From positions 1 to 24,208 of the IMG/VR virus record IMGVR_UViG_3300040985_000165: a stretch of 24,208 bases of DNA; one strand, written 5' to 3'. The translations under genes and the position numbers were made by a program. Numbering within the stretch: position 1 is the first letter of the stretch; each line of letters starts with the position of its first letter. The DNA comes from a virus. Its lineage: Duplodnaviria; Caudoviricetes. Below are positions 9,150-17,475 of the stretch, piece after piece. The notes under the pieces were generated by a model, which was given only the letters and a program-made list of their open reading frames with translations, ran no database searches and was not told where the DNA came from.

Positions 9150-9605
9150 ATGGCAACGACGACAAATTACAGCTTCAACAAGCCGACTGTTGGCGGCTCA
9201 ACGAATAGCTGGGGCACGGATTTAAACGCAAACTGGGACAGCATCGACAGCACGTTACACAACGCGCTGACAGGTGCGTCCGCCATAACGCCCAACCTCA
9301 CTGCCGGATCCTGGAAGGTGAGCGGCACGGCCATCACATCAACGGCCGCACAAGTGAATTATCTGACAGGCGTGACGAGCGCGATCCAGACGCAGATTGA
9401 CGCAAAAGCGGCAACGGCTGGCTCAAGCTCTCAGGCGTTTAGTGCCAGCACGTTGAATGCGACCACAGTGGATTTGGGCGATTGGACAATCACCCAATCT
9501 GGAAGCGACCTTAAATTTTCATACCAGGGGACTGATCGATTAAAGTTGACATCAGACGGGGCGCTTACAGTTGAGAATAACATTACAGCTTATGGATCGG
9601 CTTAA
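9150..9605 (+). CDS. Short tail fibre/spike proximal protein
   Basis: MATTTNYSFNKPTVGGSTNSWGTDLNANWDSID tail-anchor motif; TAAQVNYLTGVTSAIQTQIDAK coiled segment. Confidence 0.65.
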   Translation: MATTTNYSFNKPTVGGSTNSWGTDLNANWDSIDSTLHNALTGASAITPNLTAGSWKVSGTAITSTAAQVNYLTGVTSAIQTQIDAKAATAGSSSQAFSASTLNATTVDLGDWTITQSGSDLKFSYQGTDRLKLTSDGALTVENNITAYGSA

Positions 9606-10568
9606 ATGGCCCTACAGACTTCTGGCTCAATATCGCTAAACGAAATTCACATTGAGGCCGCTGGCACAACTAGCACAGAGGTTACCCTGAATGATGCAGA
9701 TGTGCGCGGGTTGATTGACAAGTCAGCGGCGACACAAATGGCTTTTAATGAGTGGTATGGAGCTAGTGCTGTAACTGCCCCCGTTTGGAATGGTTCAACT
9801 TATACATTCGACCTCGGCACTCCCGACACCATTGAAACTAAGACAGGCAACTTCAGTCTGTCCCAAGGCGGCGCTGTTGCGATCATCGCTATCGGCGGCG
9901 GCGGTGGTGGTGCGGGTATGCTAGACACCTCCCAAATATCAACCGCAGCGGCTGAAAGGTCGGCGGGCGGCGGCGGCGGCGGTGTATCTATTAAGGGGTT
10001 TATCGGTACGTCTGGTGACACATATACCGTTTCTGTTGGAAGCGGCGGGGCAGGTCACAGTTATTCCCCTGCTAGCGGCCCTGGTAGCTCAGGCGGCAAC
10101 ACTACAGCGAGTGGTAACAGCGTTTCATTGACCGCTAACGGTGGGAGTGGTGGCCCATATAGGTCAAGCTACTCCGGCACATATGAAGGGTCTGGCGGCT
10201 CTGCAAGCGGCGGCGATGCTAATTATACTGGTGGGAAGGGTCGGAACGTCACCACAGGATATGGAAACAATGGTGGCTCTGGCGTAAGCGGCGGCGGCGG
10301 TGCAGGGGGCGGCGATAGCGGTCAATCATCAACAGCGAATGGGCCTGCCGCTAGAGGCACTTCACCCTTAGACACCGGGTGGCTTGCCACTTACATCGGC
10401 AATGGTGGTCGCGGGGCAGTCGGAAGTTGGCCTAGCACAGTTGGCGAGGCTGGGCAAAGTTACGGTGGTGGCGGTGGCGCGGGCGGCACAAACGCTGACA
10501 GCCCAAATAGCGCGGGTAACGGTGCCAGCGGTGCGGCAGGTATCGTCCTAGTTTGTTATTGGAATTAA
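9606..10568 (+). CDS. Glycine-rich adhesin (polyglycine domain; fibre-tip protein)
   Basis: MALQTSGSISLNEI N-terminus and multiple GGGGGG runs (IGGGGGGAG, YGGGGGAGG, GAAGIVLV), as in phage Gly-rich tip adhesins such as T-even gp38. Confidence 0.7.
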   Translation: MALQTSGSISLNEIHIEAAGTTSTEVTLNDADVRGLIDKSAATQMAFNEWYGASAVTAPVWNGSTYTFDLGTPDTIETKTGNFSLSQGGAVAIIAIGGGGGGAGMLDTSQISTAAAERSAGGGGGGVSIKGFIGTSGDTYTVSVGSGGAGHSYSPASGPGSSGGNTTASGNSVSLTANGGSGGPYRSSYSGTYEGSGGSASGGDANYTGGKGRNVTTGYGNNGGSGVSGGGGAGGGDSGQSSTANGPAARGTSPLDTGWLATYIGNGGRGAVGSWPSTVGEAGQSYGGGGGAGGTNADSPNSAGNGASGAAGIVLVCYWN

Positions 10569-10586
10569 AATGTTTGGATCGACCGC

Positions 10587-12065
10587 ATGACGCTTGTCCC
10601 TCTTGATATACCCGCAGGGGTTTACCGCAACGGCACAGACCTCGACGCCTTTGGCCGTTGGCGTGACGCAAGCCTTGTGCGGTGGAGGGACGGATCGCTG
10701 CGCCCTGTTGGCGGTTGGCGCACTCGATCAACAAGCGCAATAAATACAGTTGCGCGCGGCAGTCACGCTTGGATCACAAACAACTCCAGCAGTTGGCTCG
10801 CCATTGGCGCGTATAACCAGCTTAAAGTCGTAAACCAAGGCGGAACGGCGTACACCATTACGCCGGTGGGATTTACCAATGGGCTGCTAGACGCGGCGGT
10901 TTTAACGGGCTACGGCAACAGCACATACGGCACGTCATACTACGGCACATCGCGCCCGGACACCGGCAACTATTCGGAGTGCAGCACCTTTGCCTTGGAC
11001 AACTGGGGTGAATATCTGGTGGCCTGCTCACACAGCGACGGCAAGCTGTACGAATGGCAGCTCAACACCTCGGCGGTGGCCGCAGCAATTACCAATGCAC
11101 CAACCTCAAACCTCGGCCTGATCGTCACAGAAGAGCGTTTCCTGGTGGCGCTTGGCGCGGGCGGCAACCCACGCAAGCTGCAATGGTGTGACCGCGAAAA
11201 CAATACCGTTTGGACAGCAGCCGCGACAAATGAGGCGGGTGACATTGAACTGCAAACGTCTGGCAGAATAATGACTGCCGTCAGGACGCGCGGCCAAACG
11301 CTCATCCTAACCGATGTAGACGCCCATACGATGCGATACCAAGGGCCGCCCTATGTGTTTGGGGTTGAGCGCGTTGGCACAGCTTGCGGGATTATTTCAC
11401 GCAAGGCGGCAGTGGATGTGGACACAGGCGTGCTGTGGATGGGTCAGCGCGGCTTTTACGGGTTTGACGGCAACAGCGTGCAGGAAATCCCATGTGAGGT
11501 TCACGACTACGTTTTCGCCGACATTAACCCTGCACAAGTGAGTAAAACGTGGGCGGTCACAAACAGCCAATTTGGTGAGGTGTGGTGGTTTTACTGTAGC
11601 AATGACAGCACTGAAATCGACAGCTATGTGGCATTTGATTATAAAGAAAATCACTGGATGACCGGCGAGCTGTCACGTTCAACTGGCGTGGATCGCGGCA
11701 TATTCAAATATCCGCTGATGATGACAACTAGCGGCAACGTGATTGAGCATGAGGTCGGCCTTAACTATGACAGCGCGCCGATCTACGCTGAAACCGGCCC
11801 GTTTTCAATCGGCACTGGCGAGCAAGTTATGAGCGTCACCAAGCTGATCCCTGATGAGCAAACGCAGGGCGATGTCACCGCCACGTTCAAGACGCGGCTT
11901 CACCCCAACGACACCGAGCGCAGCTATGGGCCTTTCACCATGGCGAACCCCACGTCGGTCAGATTTACCGGGCGGCAGGCGCGCATGAGGATAGACGCGG
12001 CACGTCAGGCTGATTGGCGCGTCGGGACGATGCGCGTTGAAACCAAGGTGCGGGGTAGCCGCTGA
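10587..12065 (+). CDS. Tail hub/nozzle, packaged DNA stabilization protein (P22 gp10-like)
   Basis: 492 aa, Trp-rich beta-propeller-like sequence, typical size, positioned just before the ejection genes. Confidence 0.7.
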   Translation: MTLVPLDIPAGVYRNGTDLDAFGRWRDASLVRWRDGSLRPVGGWRTRSTSAINTVARGSHAWITNNSSSWLAIGAYNQLKVVNQGGTAYTITPVGFTNGLLDAAVLTGYGNSTYGTSYYGTSRPDTGNYSECSTFALDNWGEYLVACSHSDGKLYEWQLNTSAVAAAITNAPTSNLGLIVTEERFLVALGAGGNPRKLQWCDRENNTVWTAAATNEAGDIELQTSGRIMTAVRTRGQTLILTDVDAHTMRYQGPPYVFGVERVGTACGIISRKAAVDVDTGVLWMGQRGFYGFDGNSVQEIPCEVHDYVFADINPAQVSKTWAVTNSQFGEVWWFYCSNDSTEIDSYVAFDYKENHWMTGELSRSTGVDRGIFKYPLMMTTSGNVIEHEVGLNYDSAPIYAETGPFSIGTGEQVMSVTKLIPDEQTQGDVTATFKTRLHPNDTERSYGPFTMANPTSVRFTGRQARMRIDAARQADWRVGTMRVETKVRGSR

Positions 12066-12421
12066 TGCCGTCACCCGTTTTCCCACCGCTCGGCCCTGAC
12101 TGGAAAGCATGGGCGCGCCAATTTACTGCGGCGATCCAACGACAAGCAGCAAAGCTTTATACCAAAACGAGCGATGACAACCCGTCAGAAAACGGGGTCA
12201 TTCTGTGGGATGAACAAAACAAATATCCAGTGGTTTCATCTAGCAACGCCTTTTTAGAGGTGCTTGTTAAAACCGCTGCGCCAACTTCAAGCGTCGGAGC
12301 TGCCGGTGATAAATCTGGCATGATCTCGTTTGACACAAATTACATCTACGTTTGCACGGCCGCACACGATGGATCGGCAAACATATGGAAGCGCGCGGCG
12401 CTCACTGGTGGTTCATGGTAG
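12065..12421 (+). CDS. Putative tail needle/tip protein
   Basis: Sits where P22 gp26 lies (after the gp10-like gene); C-terminal PTSSVGAAGDKSG..FDTNYIYVC..WKRAAL..W resembles a small fibre-tip module. Confidence 0.45.
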   Translation: MPSPVFPPLGPDWKAWARQFTAAIQRQAAKLYTKTSDDNPSENGVILWDEQNKYPVVSSSNAFLEVLVKTAAPTSSVGAAGDKSGMISFDTNYIYVCTAAHDGSANIWKRAALTGGSW

Positions 12422-12783
12422 AGCTGCAATCAGAGCTAGATCGTTGCCGCCCGTGGATCGAGGCGGCGCTGGAATACTCCGCAGGCACTCACGATTTTAT
12501 CGACGTGTGCGAGGGCATTTATAAAGGGACAATGCAGCTCTGGCCTGCCCCGGATGGATGCCTCATTTCGGAGATTATCAACTACCCCAAGAAGCGCGTT
12601 TTAAACATATTTCTTGGCGGGGGCGAACTCAGCCAAATTATGGATATGCATGCAGATGTGATAAATTGGGCACAACAACAGGAATGCGCGGCTCTGACGA
12701 TGACGGGCCGTTTTGGTTGGAAAAAACCACTGGCAGAATACGGCTGGACGCCGCTGCACGCATCCTACCAAAAGGAGATATAG
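12415..12783 (+). CDS. GNAT-fold-like virion assembly protein (P22 gp14-type position)
   Basis: Probable start ATG 12415 (GGTGG upstream); LNIFLGGG..WAQQQEC..TGRFGWKK..GW pattern; lies between the tail hub and the ejection genes. Confidence 0.55.
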   Translation: MVELQSELDRCRPWIEAALEYSAGTHDFIDVCEGIYKGTMQLWPAPDGCLISEIINYPKKRVLNIFLGGGELSQIMDMHADVINWAQQQECAALTMTGRFGWKKPLAEYGWTPLHASYQKEI

Positions 12784-12784
12784 A

Positions 12785-13513
12785 ATGAGCGGCGGAAAAG
12801 GTGGATCACAAACCTCAGAGGTTACAGTTCCGCAGTACATTGAAGATGCGGCAAAGCGGAATTTACACAAAGCCGACATGGTTAGCGAGCTTGGCTATGT
12901 CCCAAATTATGGCCCTGACGTTGCCGCCTTTACGCCAGCCCAACTAGCGGCGATGATGAACACCAACGACACGGCAAGCGCCTTTGGTCTAAACGTGCCA
13001 GAGACATCTGGCATCCCGACCCCAACCGAATATGCAGGCGGCGTTTCGGGGTATTCCGCACTGCCAATCTACGAGCAGGCGCTGGAAGAGTTCAGAGCGG
13101 CGAGACCAGGACAGGCCGATTATATTGATAGTTTCTTTATTGATCCTATGACTGGGGAGTCAAACTATGTGCCTCCTGCCCCACCTGTGGCGGCGAGCAG
13201 CTCAAGCGGCGGCTCTGGCCCGTATATCCCGCCGCCACCGCCTGATTACGTCCACAACGGCCAAACCTACAAGGGCAGCGATTTGATCACAGACCACATT
13301 GCTGGAGCTGAAAAGCCGGGAATTCTGGACAGTTTGTTTTTCACCCCGACGGTCAGCTCAATGGCGAACAACGCAGTGGCTGGCTCAGCCTATAACCCAA
13401 CCACTGGCGGGTATGACCGCACGCACACAGCTCCGGGGGGCAGCTTGCGGCCACGCAGCAAAGCGCAAGGCGCGCCCACAAGCATCTTTGATAAATTTAG
13501 AGGGCCATTCTAA
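12785..13513 (+). CDS. Ejection/DNA pilot protein 1
   Basis: Start ATG 12785 after RBS AAGGAG; MSGGKGGSQTSEVTVPQYIEDAAK N-terminus typical of podovirus DNA-transfer proteins; Pro-rich linker. Confidence 0.6.
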   Translation: MSGGKGGSQTSEVTVPQYIEDAAKRNLHKADMVSELGYVPNYGPDVAAFTPAQLAAMMNTNDTASAFGLNVPETSGIPTPTEYAGGVSGYSALPIYEQALEEFRAARPGQADYIDSFFIDPMTGESNYVPPAPPVAASSSSGGSGPYIPPPPPDYVHNGQTYKGSDLITDHIAGAEKPGILDSLFFTPTVSSMANNAVAGSAYNPTTGGYDRTHTAPGGSLRPRSKAQGAPTSIFDKFRGPF

Positions 13514-14232
13514 TGGGACAGCAAGGATTAGCAGGCGGCGGACAGCCTTTATCTCCGCAGAATGGCTTTAACATCAACAACGCGGCGGCCGGCGGATTAC
13601 AGCAGGCGATGCATGGCGCGCAGGCGGGGATGCAATACAACCCAATGAGCGCTGCGGCTGGCATGGTAAACTATGCCAACCCTTACGAAAACCAAGTGGT
13701 GCAGCGCACGCTCGGCGACCTCAACGACATGCAACAGCAATCGCTCAACCAGATGGGCGCGGACGCTACAGCGGCCAACGCCTTTGGCGGATCGAGGCAC
13801 GGCATCGCAGAAGCAGAAACACGCAATAACTACGCGCGCACAGCGGCTGATGCGGCAAATGCGATGCGCCAGCAGGGCTTCAATACGGCCCTTGGCGCAT
13901 CACAGTTTGACGTGAACTCTGGCTTGCAGGGCGCGCAGCAGAGGCTGTCAGCGGCCAATCAGCTCGGCGCGCTGGGCAATCAGGCGTTCAACACAGGCCA
14001 AGCGGTTAGCCAGCAACAGATGCGCGACGGCGCAATGGTGCAGGGCTTGCAGCAACTTTTGATAGACGCAGCAAAAAATCAGTATGCAGGCTACACCGGC
14101 GCGCCAGCAAATGCGCTGACCGTGCCGAACACGACGATGGGCGTCACGCCTGTGCCAGAGTCAATGACCGAGCAAAAAAATCCGGGGCTGTTTGATTATC
14201 TCAAGCTGCCGTTCATGTTAGCAGGAGCGTAA
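13513..14232 (+). CDS. Ejection/DNA transfer protein 2 (Gln/Ala/Gly-rich)
   Basis: NPYENQVVQ..AFGGSRHGIAEAE..QQGFNTA motifs; helical low-complexity composition; TAATG coupling. Confidence 0.65.
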   Translation: MGQQGLAGGGQPLSPQNGFNINNAAAGGLQQAMHGAQAGMQYNPMSAAAGMVNYANPYENQVVQRTLGDLNDMQQQSLNQMGADATAANAFGGSRHGIAEAETRNNYARTAADAANAMRQQGFNTALGASQFDVNSGLQGAQQRLSAANQLGALGNQAFNTGQAVSQQQMRDGAMVQGLQQLLIDAAKNQYAGYTGAPANALTVPNTTMGVTPVPESMTEQKNPGLFDYLKLPFMLAGA

Positions 14233-14237
14233 ACACA

Positions 14238-15530
14238 ATGGCTCTGTCCGAATTTCCGCTTACACAAGACATCATCGACAGATTTTCGCCGGTCATTCCA
14301 TCGCTCAGAGGCGCTATGGCTGGAGAAATGGCGCAAGCAGGAAACGAGCTGCGAAGCATCCAAGCCGCCCAAGCAGCCTTGGCGGCAAACCCAAACGCAA
14401 ACGTCGATGAAATTCAGCGGGCAATAGCCTTGGCTCTTCAAACTCCGCCTCCTGCCGCCCCCGCTAGCAACCCGCAGACTGTTGACCAAATAACGGCCAC
14501 AGCTAACACAGCGCTGCAAGACCCGACTGTATCGACAACATCACGCCCTGTCGCTCCACAACAACAGCAACGCGGCGGTGGGCTGCTGGAAATGTTTGGC
14601 CTGCAAAAAATGCAGCCGGAGGCGCAAGGTGAAACTGGACAAAAGTTTTACGAGCGCGACAGGTTCAAAGATTTTAGCGGCACGATGGCCAACTGGCTCA
14701 ACTCAATGACGCTGAACCCTGACCCAAATCTGGCGGCGAATATGGACGCTGGGAAGCAGCGGCGGACTGCCAACAAATCACGAAATAGAACCGTGGACAT
14801 GCTCACGCAAAAGGCGGAAAGCGGTGATACTGTGGCGGCCGCCGTGTTAAGCGCTTTAAACACTGGCGCGATCACCGCTAAAGACGCAATCAGCACTTAT
14901 TTAAGCCAGACGCTGACTGACCCCAAAACGCAGTCTCAAATGTTTAAGAGGGTTATGGACGCGCGTAAAGAATTTTCTGGCCGCGCGGAGGCAAAAGGCT
15001 TTTCTGAGGTTTCCTTTGCCTACGGGCGCATTGCATCATCAATTCAAGGCGGGCCAACGGCGGCTGGCGACTTGTCACTGATATTTAACTTTATGAAAAT
15101 GCTTGATCCCGGTTCTGTCGTAAGGGAAAGCGAATTTTCTGCGGCGGCAAGCGCTGGCTCATACGGCGAGCGCATTAAGGCGTTGGTCGGATCAATCGAA
15201 GATGGCACACTTTTGTCAGCGGCACAGCGAGCTGATTTTGTGGCGCGGGCGACTGGCCTTTATAACAGCGCGCAGGGGCAGTATGACAAAGTTGCCAACC
15301 AGTACCGTGACTTTGCGGTGCAGGCAGGGCTAGACCCCAACTTAGTCGTGCCAGACATCAGCTATGCCGGTGAATTGCTAAAACGGCCAACAATTTTAGA
15401 CGTACCGCCACGGCCGACAACTGGCGCAGCCGCGACAAGTTTCCCAACAGACGAGGCTTGGCAAAAACATTGGCGCGAAGGTTTTACAGAGCAACAGCGC
15501 AAAGATTACCTCCAAGCATTAGGAAACTAG
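14238..15530 (+). CDS. Ejection/internal virion protein 3
   Basis: 430 aa; GDLSLIFNFMKMLDPGSVVRESEF motif recurrent in phage internal virion proteins; position in the cluster. Confidence 0.6.
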   Translation: MALSEFPLTQDIIDRFSPVIPSLRGAMAGEMAQAGNELRSIQAAQAALAANPNANVDEIQRAIALALQTPPPAAPASNPQTVDQITATANTALQDPTVSTTSRPVAPQQQQRGGGLLEMFGLQKMQPEAQGETGQKFYERDRFKDFSGTMANWLNSMTLNPDPNLAANMDAGKQRRTANKSRNRTVDMLTQKAESGDTVAAAVLSALNTGAITAKDAISTYLSQTLTDPKTQSQMFKRVMDARKEFSGRAEAKGFSEVSFAYGRIASSIQGGPTAAGDLSLIFNFMKMLDPGSVVRESEFSAAASAGSYGERIKALVGSIEDGTLLSAAQRADFVARATGLYNSAQGQYDKVANQYRDFAVQAGLDPNLVVPDISYAGELLKRPTILDVPPRPTTGAAATSFPTDEAWQKHWREGFTEQQRKDYLQALGN

Positions 15531-15531
15531 A

Positions 15532-17466
15532 ATGGCCAAGACAGCAGAGCAAATTTTAGCGGAGACAATGCAAGCTGCCGAGGAAGAGGTTGCGCGCAAA
15601 GCCGCAACCCCAACCCAGCGCACCAGATCAACCCTGCAAGGGCTGACCTTTGGCGGGGCTGACGAGGCGGAAGCTTATTTGCGCTCGCTTGGAGGCCGCG
15701 ACTATGACGAGGTTGTGGCGGAGGTGCGCGGTCAGCTCAAAGATTACCAAAATGCACGGCCGCTAGAGGCTATCGGCTATGAGGTCGGCGGCGCGGTTTT
15801 GCCCGCTATCGTTGGCTCACTGTTTTCTGGCGGCACTGCTGGCGGCGCTACTTTGGCGCGCCTCGCTGCAAAATATCCGCGCCTTGCAAAAATTGCAGGC
15901 GTTTCAGCTCCGACTAGCATCGGCGATGCTGCAATCACTGCCACAGCGCAGGGCGCTTTGTCGGGGTTTGGCCACGGTGAGGGCAACGCATTAGATCGGA
16001 TGTACGGCACTGGCGTTGGCGGGGTCGTCGGCGGCGTGGGCGGCACAGCTCTGTACGCAGGAGCGCCCATGGTGACAAAGCCATTCGTGGCGCTTGTGGA
16101 CATTGCGCGGCGCAAGCTAGGCAACACCGGCGGCAAAGCGGTTGAAACAGAGTTGCAGCGCCTTGCCACCGAGGGCGGCATGACAGTTGATGAGGTTGTG
16201 GAGGGCGTTCTTAACGGCAAGATCATGGCGGAAAACAGAACGCTGCTCGATGCTGTTAAAACCTTTAGGGCAACCGGCGGCAAAGCCGCAGGGATGCTTA
16301 GAGAAACGCTTGAGCGACGCCCCGGTGAAACGCGGCAAGTTGCTATGGGGGAAATACAAGAATATCTTTCCGAAATTGACGACCCCAACATCTTGCGCGG
16401 CATGAAAGCAAACGATGATCAGGCAAGAGTTTTGGAAAAAGAGGCTTACGCGCAATTTAAGGAAGTGCCGGTCGGCACTGACGATTTGTTCCGACAGCTT
16501 GAGCTTGTGCTAGAGCGCGCACCAGAGGCGGCAAAACAGGTTGAGCAGGCTTTGTTCTTGCGTAGCGGGCAAAAGCCGTATTTTACGGTGGCGGACGATG
16601 GCAGCATTATATTCACGCGGCAGCCCACCATGGAGGAAGCTGAACAGGTTAGACGCTCGCTTCAGCAAATAACGACAAATCTTTATAAAGGTGGCGCAGG
16701 CATTGTTGCCGATGAGGCGGTTCCTTTGGAGCAAGGGCTGCGCGCCGCGATTGACGACGCCTCCCCGGAAATGGCGGCGACCAGAGCGCAGGCGGCAACG
16801 GTACGCGAAGCGCGCGACGCCTTCCAAGACGGCCAAAAAGCTTTAACAAAATCACCTGATTACGTTGTGAATGAATTTGACAGAATGAAAGGTCTCGGCG
16901 CGTCGGCCGTCAGCGCATATCGAGCTGGCGTGATGCAGGCGTATCGCAATACTGCTAGCACTGGCTCAAAGGCCAGCCTGATGAAAAACCTCGCTGATGA
17001 AGAACACAAGCTAGGGGCAATCCTGCGCATCGTCATACCAGAGGATCAACTACCGCAAGTTTTGCAAAAAGTTGACGTTGCCGCCGGTGCGCAGAACGCT
17101 AGAAGTGCGGTGCTTGGCGGGTCTGACACTCAGGTCTTGCGGGAGTTGGGTAAACGGCAAGGCATGAACATTGGCGGCGACGAAATTGCCGAGGTTGTTA
17201 CAAGCCCTAACCCGATCAACGTTTACCGGCTTTTGCGAAAAGTCACACAGCGCGCCGCACCGGGACTGACCGACGCCGAAAGAGAACAGGTGGTCAAAGT
17301 GCTGATCAGCCGCGACCCGGACATGGTGCGCAATGCGCTGAACGATACTAGCGGCATGGCTGTGCTACACCGCGCGATTGAAGGCTTGGCGCAGACCTTC
17401 CAGAGCGGCGCGACAAACGTGGGCGCGCGGCAGACGCAAGGCGTTTTGGACGCAGTAATGCAGTAG
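15532..17466 (+). CDS. Large ejection/internal virion protein 4
   Basis: 644 aa; LQGLTFGGADE motif and Gly/Ala-rich hydrophobic segments (possible membrane-inserting helices), followed by a helical body. Confidence 0.6.
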   Translation: MAKTAEQILAETMQAAEEEVARKAATPTQRTRSTLQGLTFGGADEAEAYLRSLGGRDYDEVVAEVRGQLKDYQNARPLEAIGYEVGGAVLPAIVGSLFSGGTAGGATLARLAAKYPRLAKIAGVSAPTSIGDAAITATAQGALSGFGHGEGNALDRMYGTGVGGVVGGVGGTALYAGAPMVTKPFVALVDIARRKLGNTGGKAVETELQRLATEGGMTVDEVVEGVLNGKIMAENRTLLDAVKTFRATGGKAAGMLRETLERRPGETRQVAMGEIQEYLSEIDDPNILRGMKANDDQARVLEKEAYAQFKEVPVGTDDLFRQLELVLERAPEAAKQVEQALFLRSGQKPYFTVADDGSIIFTRQPTMEEAEQVRRSLQQITTNLYKGGAGIVADEAVPLEQGLRAAIDDASPEMAATRAQAATVREARDAFQDGQKALTKSPDYVVNEFDRMKGLGASAVSAYRAGVMQAYRNTASTGSKASLMKNLADEEHKLGAILRIVIPEDQLPQVLQKVDVAAGAQNARSAVLGGSDTQVLRELGKRQGMNIGGDEIAEVVTSPNPINVYRLLRKVTQRAAPGLTDAEREQVVKVLISRDPDMVRNALNDTSGMAVLHRAIEGLAQTFQSGATNVGARQTQGVLDAVMQ

Positions 17467-17475
17467 AGGAATATC

